61,438 nt of DNA from Hydrolagus affinis. Taxonomy: Eukaryota. Below are positions 38,541 to 52,048 of this stretch, one piece after another. Location of the stretch: assembly GCA_012026655.1 (NCBI GenBank), contig JAAILG010001811.1, positions 1 to 61,438 on the forward strand, given 5' to 3'. The stretch's first letter is position 1, and each line of letters begins with the position of its first letter. The position numbers and the translations under genes were made by a program. Under the pieces are notes generated by a model. It saw only the letters and a list, made by a program, of their open reading frames with translations. It was not told the DNA's origin and searched no databases.

Positions 38541-38850
38541 GGAGTCCTGTAGTTCAGTAGTTAGAGCACTCACCTTACAAACGTGAGACCTGTGTTCAAA
38601 TCCAGGGAGGTCAGGGCGATACCTTGGGCAAGTTTCCTTGCTCCACATGCCTAATAATGTCTCCAAATTTTTTTTAAAAAATTGGTCATTTCAATCCATG
38701 ATTGTTTGTGGGATACTGCTGTGCGCAATTGGCTGTCACGTTTCACCTACAAATATACAGTCAATTCACTTTAGAGTGTATTCTGTGAAGCGCTTTGAGA
38801 CGTCTAGAAGATGTGAAAAGCGCTATATCAAATGCAAGGATTATTATTAT
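38541..38850 (+). mobile_element. Full-length tRNA-derived SINE
   Basis: Starts ggagtcctgtagttcagtagttagagcac and ends agcgctttgagacgtctagaagatgtgaaaagcgctatatcaaatgcaaggattattattat. Confidence 0.95.
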
Positions 38851-40132
38851 TTTCAATACTGCTGGAAGGCTGATCATTTATGAGCAAGCGAATAAGTCTT
38901 ATCACTCTGGTTTGTATTCACAGACCTCAGTTCATGTTGTTAATGATCTGTTAAGGCATTTTGCAAATAAGGTTATTGTAACTAACAGTTCATCAACGAT
39001 ATGAAGTGAGATACAATATTTATGTCTCAAATTGTAATTCAAAGTTGCTCTCGATATCCTGGTGAAATACCTCTGTGGGGATAATGAAAATGAAAGGAGA
39101 CAAAGTAATCCCTACTTCTTGATGAAGGTAGAATTGAAAACCGCCCTTGGAACAATTCGTTTCCATCCTTAGCACAGATTAGCTTTAGATTCATTTCACA
39201 TGTGCAGTAACAATCGGTTGTGTGTCATCACCATGATTCTGACAGGCAGAAATCGGCCCATCAGATTCCTGAGTACCTGCATCTGCATAATCGTAGCGAC
39301 ATAATCTATAACGTAATCATGTTTACTGTTATTTCAAAGTAGAAATTTTATTCACAACATCTTTAAGATACCATAACATTTTCCTCTGCTAAATCATTGC
39401 ACAAGGTTTCATGAGTTGTTATAACAGAAGGGAAGATTGATCGTTGGATGTATTTTAAACATACACTACAGAATAAATGGAGTCCCACATTATTATTAAA
39501 AAGTAATCTCTCCAGGATGACTTGTCCAAGCATTGCCCTTCACCTGCATCCAGCGTGACTTGCACCTGAGATTTCCAATTAAGATCAAGAATATATGTCC
39601 CTAGACGTCTGATAAGTCACCATGGAGCAAAGGACAAAGAACTGGGAACATAATTTGTCTCATTTATTTTTAGCCTGAAGTCTGAACAGTTGCAAGTAAG
39701 AATTCAGCCAGTGTTCCCTTCAGCAACGGGAGGAAGTCTAACTTGAGATGTTCCCATTCAAATGAATGCAAATAAATCATCTTCTAAATCTCTAATTGCA
39801 TTGCAAGTGTCTGATGCCAGGAAATTTTATGGGCCAAATTTGGAACTCTATTCAAATTTGTGATGATTAATTAAATACTTAGAAGATCATTTGAAAGTAT
39901 AAAGGAATATTATTTTGCTCATAATGACTAATTTTGTGCAAAAGGTTCTGCCTCTCTCTGTTTGGTTGGCTGTGCAATCTTACTATCTTTTGCTCCACAG
40001 TTCTAAAGGGATACTGTTCCTCTACAGATACAATTCAGACAGTTCTGACAAGGAGAAAGATCATTCTAAAACATTTCTCTTTTACCAATTCAGCGATGGG
40101 ACACTATTTTTGCACCAAATATCAACTTATAT

Positions 40133-40285
40133 TAGACTGTGGGACATTGCTGTGTACAAATTACAAATTGGCTTAAAAATATACAATTCTCTCCACTTTA
40201 TAGTAAATTCCATAGAGCATTTAGAACTCCCCCCCGCCCCCCACCCTCCCCACCATGTGCAAAGCACTATATTAAATTAAAGGAT
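40133..40285 (+). mobile_element. Decayed SINE 3' fragment
   Basis: tgtgggacattgctgtgtacaaatt...gcactatattaaattaaaggatt. Confidence 0.6.
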
Positions 40286-41454
40286 TTTTTTAAACAATGA
40301 TTGGATGCTTAGTGAACAGCTAAGATGGAAAGTTGTTGCATGCAATTTATTCATCATCACTTGTTCTTTTGCTCATTTTCACTACAAACGTTATGCTTTT
40401 TAAATTGCAGAGCAGTGTCTTGCACTTTTGTAAACAAGGGCTACCATAACCTAACCCTAGGTCAGCACTGATGGTTTCCAATCTACTTAAACAGTGCTCA
40501 GCATCATTAACCTTATCAAGTCACACTGATAAGTTTCAGTTCACTCCCTGAGAAGTTTTTGCGATAGCCCATACAAAACACTTAACTCAACAACTAACCT
40601 CTTAAATCAAAGGACTCTACTCATGTTCATATAATGAAATCCTTGTCAGCAATCATCAATCAAAAGGTTTGGACAGCAAAGTGCTGTGCTCACGTTTTCT
40701 TTTAGGGAGTGGAGTATTAAAGTGTTGCACAGAAAATCAGGCAGACATTCAACTGTATATCATGTTTGTGGGAGTGGAGGATGGAAGTGCTTGTATTATA
40801 TAGGAGAAATGTTCATAGAACATTGGTAGTTGATGTCGTTTCCGGCTGCAAGACATTACAGATCAAGAGATTAGTAACACATATGTGAGCTACAGATACT
40901 GAAGGTAGGGGCTTATTAAACAGTTATCATACAATTCCAGCCAACAACAAAATGATCTTGGGATATTGGTGTAATTGATCTGTTGCTCCTTTATCAATAT
41001 ACTATTAAAGAGCTTTCTGCCTTGTGCTGCACAATAAATAGATTTAAAATACTGTTTTGGCCTTTTTTTTGTGATTAAACCTTCTGAGATTTGGTGCAAA
41101 AGTACTCAGATTCTTTTGAGAACAGTATTTATACCTCTGCATCAAACTTGAAAACGTTTCTTTCAAAGCTTAAAATTCCAAATTTTTTGTTTAGTTTGAC
41201 TTTGTGAATGGCACAATACTATGAAATGACAATTGATACTAATAGTACTATTGTGCTTTTACTACCTAGGCAGATACAAATATGATGTATTTCAAATATA
41301 TACGTGTGTAAGTTGATATAAGTTAATTAAATTCCCATAGAAGTTGGATATAAAAATTGAAGTCAATTGATCTTTGATAAATAAGGGTTTTAGGAGTTAA
41401 GGAGAAAAGGCATGGAAGTGGGATTAAATGATCTGTTATTACCTAATTGTGTTT

Positions 41455-41740
41455 CAACCTGGTTCATTTGGCACTCTCCTGGCCCTCCCACCACAGAAGA
41501 TTTGGGAATTTAAGACAAATGTCGTGACTTTGAATCCACTGCAAGACTTGGGGGTGAGCTGTATTATTGGAAAGGTAAGATGGTAAACTGAGGCTCTGTC
41601 TGTTCAAGTGGGCACTAAAGATCCCTTGGCAGAATTAAAAACAAAATGACTGGAAATTCTCCAGTATCCTGGCCATGAATTCCCCAGATAAAATTGATCA
41701 TCTACTTCATGATGTTGGACTCTAATGTGAAGCATAAGCT
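41455..41740 (+). mobile_element. DeuSINE, highly decayed
   Basis: taaactgaggctctgtctgttcaagtgggcactaaagatcccttggca...ttctccagtatcctggcca. Confidence 0.6.
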
Positions 41741-42142
41741 TTCATTTACCATTGTTTCTTAGTCTTTCAAATAAATAGCCTTCAAAAAGAAGTTTATTAC
41801 CAAGTATCACCACTGGGTATGCAAGGATTCCAATTGTCTGCCAAAACACATTGCAACAGACGTATAACTATTGTGCATCTACACAGAAAAGTTACTGAAT
41901 CATCCTAGGAAGCACATAAATCATTAACTATTTTCAGATGCTAGTTTTGGGGGAATAAGTTGGAATATTTCATAAAGAAAATAATATATTGATATTTGCT
42001 TCACAGTTTTATTTCTATGCCCATTTGACAACAAATCTTAAGGTGTTTTTGTCTCTCTTTATTTGAAACTATTAGTATATATATTAGATATGGAATTTTT
42101 AGTGCTACTCCATTATAGATATGCAGAAATGGCATTTCAGGG

Positions 42143-42365
42143 AATAGAACATCAAAACATAAGAATAAGGAGCAGGAGTAGGCCTTTCGACCCCTCGAGC
42201 CTGCCCCGCCATTGAATAAGATTATGGCTGATCTTCTAATCTAATTCCACCTGCTCGCCTTATCTCCATATCACTTCATCCCTCTATCCATAAGAAATCT
42301 ATCAATCTCAGTCTTGAATATGTTCAAGGACTGAGCATCTACAACCTTTTGGGTTAGAGAATTCT
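42143..42365 (-). mobile_element. CR1 LINE 3' end
   Basis: aacataagaataaggagcaggagtaggcctttcgacccctcgagcctgccccgccattgaataagattatggctgatc is the reverse of the 30005-30148 type. Confidence 0.9.
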
Positions 42366-43452
42366 GTAAATAGTCCTCAAATGCTGGGACCATTCACATC
42401 AAGGAGTTGGCGGAGACTGATTGCTTGCAAGCTATCTTTGGGAATCTGATCAGAACAAATGTGTTCGCATTTATCAGTCAGGTATACTCTCCAAAGCACT
42501 CCCTCTTTTTCTTTGTCCATCGTTCTGTCTTTCCCTTTTTCTCTCGCCCATCTACCATTGCTCTCCCTTGAGGGGAGAATTGATTGTTGTCCTTACTTGA
42601 TTGTTCTGTCTCTATTTCTGCCAAATGCACTTGACATACAGTGCTTCACTCTATTCTTTTAATTGATGATTCTTGTATCCTATTTCTAAATCGATTTAAT
42701 TATCTGTTTTTTTAATGGTTTAAAGTCTAATGAGTATCTGAAGTTTGGCTTCAATGTTGGATGCAATTTGCAAAGCCTAAAATTTCCACATGTTCGCCAC
42801 GAAAGCAGCCTGCCTATTGAACACTGAAACAACTTGGAACAATTGACTTTCTAATCTATTAAACACACAAGACGAATAACATGGAGCCGAGAATTACCCA
42901 GTTTATCCTAGCTGTGAACAAAGTCCTCATGATTCAACTGTGATCTTGTCACTTACAAGTAATGATACATTCCATTCCTGTGGAGGAACAATGTTTGAGT
43001 CTCTCTTTGTCAGTTAACAGAAGCAATGTATGATATCAGAATAGGCTTGATGAACTGAATGACTTACTAATGTTCCCATCCTCCTCTTGTGGTGGTCAAA
43101 GAAATGCTTATTTGTCACTTATTCAGATGGCTGATGAGTAATTTCTATTTATTTGAACGTAACATTTATTCATGCAGCTAAAAATGAATGTAAGTAACTG
43201 TGTCATCGTACCATTCCCATTCCAGCTGCTAATTCTGAATTACATGTCCGCACAGGAGGCAGCCAGCAGACAAGTTCAGAACAAATGTGAGACTGATCTA
43301 TGAAGCATTCCACAGTGGGGATACATTACCAAAGCACAATGGTCCCATCACTCCCACCTTCAAAACCTACGGTTAAGACTTTATCTTACACTCTCAGGCT
43401 CTACGCCCTGCCTCCCACCCCAACAAACATGCTTGGGTTCTCAATTGGTTGT

Positions 43453-43517
43453 GTGAGATACTTTCAGACATCCCTTCTGACATGAAAAGGTGCTGTATAA
43501 ACAGCAACTTGTAATTG
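43453..43517 (+). mobile_element. L2/SINE-type 3' tail
   Basis: gacatcccttctgacatgaaaaggtgctgtataaacagcaacttgt. Confidence 0.55.
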
Positions 43518-43699
43518 TAATGTAATTGTGATGATTCCTGAAATGCATTTTGACGACAAGGTGCAATGAAAATACTTCCATACGTCTCTGTTGCCTAGTA
43601 TCAATCTTCAATTGAATCCCTTAAATTTTGCAGGGAGAGTTATATGGATGCGTAAATTAATATACTGACTTTATTGTTAGATGAACAATGTACCATTGG

Positions 43700-44645
43700 A
43701 ACAATGTTTTAACCAATAAGGGAGTATCAGCAGTGTGGAGTTGAAAGGATGTTGTAATTGTTAAGCAGAATACAGTTAGTAAATTAATTGTGTGCTTATT
43801 TGGAGCTAAGGCAAGCGATATTGTGGAGACGATGAGTTGCAGTATGAAAGGTGCAGGAAGGAATGAGAAGTAGCTTTGCAATGCTGTGACTAATGGCATC
43901 AGCGACAGACAGCCAAAGTAATTGAAGAAGAAATGTTTCAGAATAACACTGCAAAGGTGATGATATCTGGGCTCCTTCCTGATACAGCAGAGGACGATGA
44001 AACATTGAACAGGATAATTGGTTGCAACTTGTGGCTGAAAAGGTGTGAGGAGGATGCATTGCACTTCACTAATAACAGGGATAAGTTTGGGGCGACATGA
44101 TTTATTCAGAAGGCACTGCCTTCCTCTGCACCAATATGGGGCCAAGAAGTATGATTCGAACATGACAGAGATTGTTAAGAAAAATGCAAACGAGACAGGC
44201 GAGATGTTCGGAGGTGTAACGCCAATTTGAGTGCAGCAAGACGGCAATGTGCAAGAGGAACGAATCAAATTGGAACCAACCAATAAATAAATCAGGACAA
44301 GAACGAATTGAGATCAATATAGGAGCTGATTATTATTACTAAATAATGCAATTCAAGTAACCAATGAATTGCAGAAAACAATTGTTAATATGAACGCATG
44401 AAGTATGGGAAATAAATTATTAAAGCCGAGTTTCTATTGAATTAAAAAGTGAACATAACTCACCAACGGAGGCATGGTTGTGCTTAAGAATGGAAGGCTT
44501 TTTAAAAATATCTAACTGTTTAAAGATTGTGCACAACAGACGGGACAAAAAGCTGATCAATAACCTGAGTTTCAGAGATAGTGAAAGAAGCTATGTCTTC
44601 AGAGGGAGGGGTGTCAAAGTCAATTTGGTTAAGAATCTTGACATT
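43700..44645 (+). pseudogene. Decayed CR1 LINE: ORF1 SGNH esterase and start of ORF2 endonuclease
   Basis: Esterase-like pieces across frames are VCLFGAKASDI, AVTNGI, TAKVMISGLLP, NLWLKRC and GRHDLFRRHCLPL, compared with recalled CLPGA / GTNDI / VVISGLLP / DLFKRDGLHL. EN-like pieces are NA*SMGNK, TEAWL and RGRGV, compared with NARS..NK / TETWL / GGGV. Many stops are present. Confidence 0.75.
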
Positions 44646-44919
44646 ACTAAATCTCTTTCCCATATCCCCTGCCCCAATTGTAGCATTTTGATCACAAACA
44701 GCCTTGTGTAGAGTGAATTATACAATTGAGTCATTTGCACCGAAAGGAGTATACAATCTGTTTGTTAATCAATCAATGCTTTGTTCTGAATATTTAAGAA
44801 AAGGGTGAGCAAAGAAAACGTTGTTTGTGTGTGGTGTGGGGGGTGGAGGTGTATAAAACCATCATTACAAGTGAATTTCGATACAGATAAATGACTGATA
44901 CTACATATAGGAAATAAAC

Positions 44920-45028
44920 TGAGATGCATGTGTTGGACAGGACAATAAGATGGATATTCTGTAAGGATGAGATCCAACAGGCTGAATGGCCATTCTCAAC
45001 CGTACCTTTCCTGTACTTTATGATCTTT
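44920..45028 (+). mobile_element. CR1 3' tail
   Basis: ggctgaatggccattctc...ctttatgatcttt. Confidence 0.55.
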
Positions 45029-45859
45029 GGAACCTGGATTCCACAAGCTCTACTTATTCACTTTTCTCCACATTTTGCTGCTCACATTTTGCGCAGCTAC
45101 TTTAGTTCAGTGCAGCAGCTCTTATTATCAAAGTATGATGCTCTGATGTAAACCCTAACCTCGTTTTATAGTCCAGTTGGAATCCTGTAGAGGCCACACG
45201 ACTGGCAAACAACCAGATCTAGGCATTATGGAACCCTGTTGTCATCAAAGGTGGCTGAGATTTCTGGAGAATTTCCATTATTCTTCACAGACAGCTTGCT
45301 TGCCAAGTGCATATTGGATACCAAGCCAAGGAGCTGATTGCTGTAAATGATGATTATCATGAGAAGCAGTAATTTACCACATCCTAAAGATGATTCAGGT
45401 GCAAAATGCAACCCAGAATTAGGGATCTGCCAACTGAATTCATAGCTTGCAAATGCTGCTAGGGGCAGAATTGCGTAAGGAAGTTGGCATCAGCTGGATA
45501 ATTTTCTTCTGGTCGGGCCAAGTAATGTTGAAAGCTTCTGGTTTCAATGGGTAATTTTTTTTGCAGACACAATCACAACAAATTTGTGAACTATTACTCA
45601 GAGTAAACAAAGTAAACAGTTTTTCCCGCAGACCTTTAATTAAAATTGGGTCCCGAATCACGTTTTGCATTCAGGCAACGAAATTGCACATAAATGTTAT
45701 GTAGCTTGGAGGGTCCTGGTGCAATTCAAGTTGAAATAACTGTAGAGAGATCCTCAAGATTATGCTTTGGCTTGTTCCACAATACGTGCACTGTAATGCA
45801 ACTTAGTTAAAGCGTCTTAAATACATTTTTGTTACAAAGTGTTGCAGTGTTAGAAAATA

Positions 45860-45977
45860 GTAATTGCCTACAGTCACTACACATTACAGTAAATCCTTTG
45901 AAGCACTTTGACATGATTTCCTGACGCAACATGATTTTTGCATTAAATATAAGGATTATTATTATTTATTATTATTA
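45860..45977 (+). mobile_element. SINE 3' fragment
   Basis: cagtcactacacattacagtaaatcctttgaagcactttgac...aaggattattatt. Confidence 0.65.
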
Positions 45978-47356
45978 CTGCAGTCATCCTGGTTAAAAAT
46001 TAATTATAAAATGGTGAGAAGTTCATCTAAGTCATTCGGTCCTTTAGATTGGAGTATTTATATTCTTGATTACTAACCAAAATATACATTTATGTCCCTA
46101 TCGTGTCCTTGTGTCTTTATCTTCCCATTCACTCCATATTCCTCACCTCCACCCTAACTTAACCTCCATCCCAATGCTATTGAATGGTTTTATAGATCTT
46201 GTGTTCATGTCTACCTCTTTCTCTACATCTATGGTCACCTGAATAGTTGTGCTTATAATTTATACTCTCTCCCTCTCTGTCACCTCTCTCTGTCTCTCTC
46301 TCTCATATGCTCTCTCTGCCATACATATCTTGATTCCAAGTGAATGATGTAGCACCTGGAATAAAGATATAACCTCATGTTTTGATTATGTCAACCAAGT
46401 GTTCAATGTGAACTTCTCTTAACAAACTTTAACATATTTTGCTATCCCCTAAACAAGACGAAATTAATGTACAATTTCATGGAAATGATATGTTTTAGTG
46501 ACATCATTTTGCTTCCAAATCATCCACTCAGGGCCAATGAGTTGGATCAATCAAGTAAAATTCAGATCACCAGGTGGAATGCAGTAAATTATGCAACTGT
46601 GAAAAATGACACATTCATTAAGTTGCATGAGTGACAGCTCTTTATTAACATAACATCAAATGTCACAGAGCCATAGAAATCTAAAACATAAATCATTTTC
46701 TATTCATATGATTTATTGCATTTTCTATCATAATAGAGGGCATTTAATGTCATGTTCCAGGGTAAAACGTCTCTGCTGGTCTAATTTGCCACTAACTTAA
46801 TCTCTGTAATGTATATTGGACTCTCGAGTTTCCCAGTATTTGACTTCTGATTATTCCTTGAAACTTGCGGTCATAATATTGCGACTGGTATTATTGTGAT
46901 TGGTGTGAAAATCTACATGCACTATTGAAACTGATGTGAGTAAAGGTTAGCAACGACATTGAGGGTCACTTTTGGAACCAAAAAGAGTTTTGAAACGGAA
47001 TATAATGACAGTATATGGTACAAAATACCAATATCAGATTTCAAATCCTTGAACTTGGTTCTCTTTGGTAAACACATCACCTGAGCACGTAAATTATATT
47101 ACTTTAACATTCTTTATTCTTGATTTACATCAAACATAGTCCTACACCAGTATGACATAATCAATAGGCACCTGCCTTCTTGTGGGGCCCATTTAAATCT
47201 CACCGAGGCATTACAGCAATGCTGCCCATAGTGTATATCATTGAAGTCCATTGGCTCACTCTACAACAGCAGAAGCAAATAAATCGAGTAAAATGCAGTT
47301 GAACTAAATTGTATTTATATGCTCTTTTATATATCGGGCTGATATAAATCTGATAT

Positions 47357-47452
47357 AAAATATACAGTCAACTCACTTTACAGTATATTCTGCAAAGTGG
47401 CTTGAAATAATGTGGTAAAGCCCGATATCAAATGCAAGTGTTGTTGTTATTG
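47357..47452 (+). mobile_element. SINE 3' fragment
   Basis: aaatatacagtcaactcactttacagtatattctg...atatcaaatgcaag. Confidence 0.75.
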
Positions 47453-48084
47453 GTATAAAAAGGCTAGATTTTGTCATATTGCTGAAGTAAATTACCTGAG
47501 GGAATTACATTCTAACCCTTACTTTGTAATAACCACATCTGTGAATTAGCAAGCTCAAGTTAGAAAAAATAAGAAGCTCAACGATTCCACCTGGTTTCTG
47601 TGTGTTCCTTGCAATTCACTGGTTATCATTAGTTTGACAATGGATGTCAACAAATAAAACAAGTTGATCTGGGTGATGATTGAGTTAGCACAGGTTGCAA
47701 AAGCAGCTAACAGTGTGCTGGGAGGATGAGGAACCAGACTATGATTGTGCTATACATATTATCTGAAACTGCGGAGGTCTCTTTTAATTGCAAAGGAGGG
47801 TTTGCTGACAGTCACATTACGATTCTTTCAAGACCATGCAATGACTACTTTCCAAAGGTTAAGGGTTTATTAATTTAGGTCTTTGGAAGACGTTCTCAAA
47901 ATCCTTAAGATGCATAAACAACTAAAGTACCGAGGATGCAAACAAAAATTTAAATATGGGAGATTGACTAAGCACAATGTAGCCTTTTGGAAGAAATGTA
48001 AAGGTCTGATTTTAATTCTCAATTCAGATTATTCAATTCAGCCATTGCAAATAATCTTCATCCCATGTGGAAAATTTGTGATTA

Positions 48085-48393
48085 AAATGAAAAGTGTAGT
48101 GACTGTATATTTGTAGGTTACAAACTGAAGTCAATATGCACACAGCAATCTCCCAATGGAATGTTGACTAAGGTACTTTTACTCCAATAGTGTAATGGAT
48201 TCTTTAACACCCACTGCACAGGCAAATAGAATCTCTGTTTAAAGTCTCACCCAAAGGATGGGACCTGCGACAATACAATGTTCCCCCGGCATTGGGCTTG
48301 AGTGTCAGCCTCGACCTTGAGTTCAAAGTTCTGACGTGGGACTTGCAAGTAGAGCCTTCTTACCTAGAGACGAACAAACTACCAATTGAAGTG
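48085..48393 (-). mobile_element. DeuSINE/SacSINE1-like, decayed, with head
   Basis: gtttaaagtctcacccaaaggatgggacctgcgacaatac...gagtgtcagcct...gtgggacttg...ctaccaattga. Confidence 0.7.
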
Positions 48394-48741
48394 GGCTATC
48401 TCTAAAATCTTTCTATTTCTGCCCGATAGCTACCCAAGTCTGCGATGTGGGGGAAAATAAGCACCCACATCTCAACAAGGATTTGATCAATAAGATCAAA
48501 TCAGTTTGCATTTCCTTCATTGGACTACGTGACAAAGCACTTCTTTGCATTGCTTCGTATGACAGAGGTGATTCTTGGTTTTGCACAGATTTCTTATGCA
48601 GTGAGACAGGAGCATAACATTGTAGAATGCTGTGCTGTAATTTTTTTCAGTGCGAATGTAAAGCTGATCATGATCTGAAGTGGTGGGAATAAACGTATAA
48701 ACTCAGTCACATACCTAACTCAGTGTGGATCCCTCACTGTT

Positions 48742-48802
48742 AGTACCTCAGGACATACTCCTGACATGAAAGGCGCTATGTAAACGTAATTTGTTGTTGT
48801 TG
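48742..48802 (+). mobile_element. L2 3' tail
   Basis: ggacatactcctgacatgaaaggcgctatgtaaacgtaatttgttgttgttg. Confidence 0.8.
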
Positions 48803-49583
48803 CTTAGCATTTTCTGTTTCATGTGCAAATATAACATGAGTTTCTACAAAGGAAGTATGTTCCTAATATAATCCACATATAATGTTGATATAACCGTGAT
48901 AGTTTGCCGTTAGACAGTGGGGTAAAGTCTGTTATTTGTCATAATATCAACTGCACTTCTCTTGTCAGTCAGAGCTTCCAAACGCTTCAATACAGTTCCC
49001 GAATCCACAGTGACTCCTTTTCCTGGTTTAAAATAAAGAATTATGCATGTATTCTTTCCATCACAGTTTAATTTTCCACATGTAATCCTTTTCCACAATC
49101 TGCAGATTGCTGTTGTTAGTTGATCAAAGCAAAACGTGACTATTTCTCATTGAATAATGTAATTGAATCTCATTTGTAAAGATAGCATTTGCTGATATAT
49201 TTTGAATGGTAGGAGGGGAGAAGAGGAAGCGCTTCTACTTACCTCAATATCAGAGTACCAGAAATCCAATTAGTTTGTGCGCACATTATTTTTAGGGGCT
49301 TCCTAATCTATTTAAAGATTGCTTATTAAGTGATGGATGAGAGTGCTGAAGAATGCACCATTTTTGTTTGTTTTTTACACTGTATGTAAGATCAACTTTA
49401 ACCAGAACAACTAAGTCAAGTACTGTGGAGCTCAGCAAAGTGATTTGCTTCCATTGTTGTCTGTGTTATGTTACACATTAACCCTCATCTGAGAAGCATG
49501 CAGGAACTCCATTTTATATTCAATGGACTACCACCTCTGACCCTCTACTGTTCCTTCTGTTGAACTGTTCCTTCACAGAACTT

Positions 49584-49900
49584 GGAGTCATGTAGCTCAG
49601 TGGTTAGAGCACTCACATTCCAAGCGAGAGATCTTGGATCGATTCCAGGCTGGGTGAATCCTTGGGCAAGTTTCCTTATTCCACACGCCTGATAATAATT
49701 CCCCCAAAAAACACAATAATAAATTGGTCATTTAAGTCCACAACTGTTTGTGTGACACTGCTGTGTGCAATTCGCTCCCGTGTTTTCCCCACATATATAT
49801 ATAGTCACTTCACATTAGAGTCTGTGAAGCACTTCAAGATGTCTAGAAGATGTGAAAAGCGCTGTATCAAATGCAAGGATTATTATTATTATTATTATTA
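49584..49900 (+). mobile_element. Full-length tRNA-derived SINE
   Basis: A-box tagctcagtggttagagc and B-box ggatcgattcc, with a (tta)7 tail. Confidence 0.93.
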
Positions 49901-50288
49901 GTCACAATTCTATAGATAGTCTATGGAATTCTGAGATCTAAAACCACCTGAAGCAATTTTGGATCATATTGCAAGGATAGTTTTCTACATTTTAACTTGG
50001 ACCTGAGGTGGTAACACAAGTAATCTTTGGTATAGTGCTTTTCAAGTCAGAAGTATTTCTCTCACAGGATGTACTTTCAAGAGAAGTGACTATATGTTTC
50101 TGTGAGCAATGTAACTCTGTGTTAAGTTTCTTAGAAATATCCAACAGTGTATAAACTTTCCAATTTAGAATCAAAACCACTTTTTACCGTTCTTTTAACA
50201 ACATATACTATAAAAGATATGAACTTTACTCTGTTTACCTAGCATTAAGTAGGAACCCGGTTGTTAGTCGATCAGTAGATTTTCCAGG

Positions 50289-50467
50289 GATAATAATTCA
50301 TCCCCCACAAAATATTATTTGATCACACAATCTATGCCTGGTTATGGGACAATGCTGTGTGCAATTAGCTGCGTGTTTCACCCACAGTTAATTCACTTTA
50401 CAGTGTATTCTGTGAAGCGCTTTGAGGAGTCTCAAAGACGTGATAAATCGCTATATCAAACGCAATA
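50289..50467 (+). mobile_element. SINE 3' half
   Basis: tgctgtgtgcaattagctgcgtgtttcacccac...ttctgtgaagcgctttgag. Confidence 0.8.
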
Positions 50468-50996
50468 AACTATTTATTGATTGGTCATTCACATGCTGAG
50501 TACATTGTGTTTACCTGTAATACAAATGAAAGCATTTGCCATCCATCCTTCAGATTAGAATAGGGCATTTTATAACAAGGAGAGCAATTATAGACACACT
50601 TTGATTTCTCTCATCATTGTGGAGTCTGTTCATGTTCTCTTTCTTTAATGCATGATTCGGGATTAATCCCTTTGCCATCTGAAGGATAATTAAGGTAAAG
50701 ATATATACACTAGTGCAATAATTGGATTTCCCCCTCCATTGGACAGCTGACAGTGTTAGATCTGTGATTAAGTGTACAATGCTCTTGCTGAACTCTTTGT
50801 AACCACCAGCAACTTTGAGGTAAAATTAAAGGCAATCTACAAGGCACACTCTCGAAGATGTACTCCAATTCGCATGACTTTAATAATATAGTGTGCAAAC
50901 TTTTCTTTTGTCACAATTGAAGAGGTCTCACCAATCAAAATTTGTGGCAGTTATAAAAACCCACTGTTTTTTTTCAGATTGGCATTTGCTTTGTGC

Positions 50997-51225
50997 AATA
51001 ATAATATTCCTTGCTTTGATATAGCGCTTTCACAGCTTCAAGATGTCTTAAAGCGCTTCACAAAATATACTGTGAAGTGAATTAACTTTATATTTGTAGG
51101 CAAATTACGGCAGCGAATTACGTACAGCAGTGTCTCACAAACAGTCCTGAAAAATGGCCAATGTTTTTTTTAGGGATTATTATCAGGCAGGTGGAGTAAG
51201 GAAACGTGCCCAGGGTTTCATCCTG
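50997..51225 (-). mobile_element. SINE lacking the tRNA head
   Basis: Runs from the tail through gtggagtaaggaaacgtgcccagggtttcatcctg. Confidence 0.88.
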
Positions 51226-51883
51226 TGAAATGTTTGTAATACAGGCTGCATAGTAAACAGTGGGATCCATAGGCTTTGCTATGTCTGTATACTTGCAAGA
51301 AATCAGTCCTGAAATGAAATTAAATTACTGAAAATTACATGCAAAATGCCATATCAATGATAATATTATTTTATGGAGCATATTACAAGGTAGGACTTAA
51401 GGTGCTTGTTTCTCTCAACACCCAGTGCATTCATGTTCCTTGAAACCAAGTCCAGACTTGTTAGAAACTTAACATTTATTTTTGCCTCTAAGTGCAGGTG
51501 TCCACAGCATTCTGCCCTCCATTACATGAGTTTAAACCACTAACCAAGCTGCTTGCTTTAGCATTCAATTCATACGAATGCAGACCTAGCAAATAAATCC
51601 CTGTGTTGGCTAGGCTGATTGCATTTCAAACCTTTCAAATATCAAATCCAATCTGAAAAGCCAGTTGATTTTATGATCAGCACAAATATTGTTTACACAA
51701 AATTCCTGCTTTAAATACCCATCACTTGTGCTCCAAGACATATTATAGCTCCCTCATCCCCACTGATTTCCCCCAGTTCAAATAATTTGACGGTGGGTAC
51801 GTTATTGTGGGTTTCATTCTGGTGACAGAATTGTATGATTTGTTAAGTGGTGATATCAGGTTTTATTTTACAGATATCATGCT

Positions 51884-52048
51884 AACAATCATCATTTTTG
51901 TATTTGATATAATGCCTTATCACATCAAGATATCTCAAAGTGCTTCACGGGATATATTGTAAAGTGGATTGACTGTGTATTTCAGGTGTTACTATGTGTG
52001 TGCTTGTGTGTGAACTAAGTAAACTTGCCTGAGGTTTCGCCCTGACCA
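51884..52048 (-). mobile_element. SINE fragment with internal deletion
   Basis: The tail is followed directly by aaacttgcctgaggtttcgccctgacc. Confidence 0.7.

Noticed and set aside
38638-39004. Recurrent peptides RRCEKRYIKCKDYYY / DVKSAISNARIII in several ORFs
   Set aside because: These are translations of the same SINE tail, not a protein family.
49243-49307. Minus-strand 65 nt exon with AG|GTAAGT donor
   Set aside because: The acceptor is weak, the peptide is unrecognised, and such donors are expected by chance.
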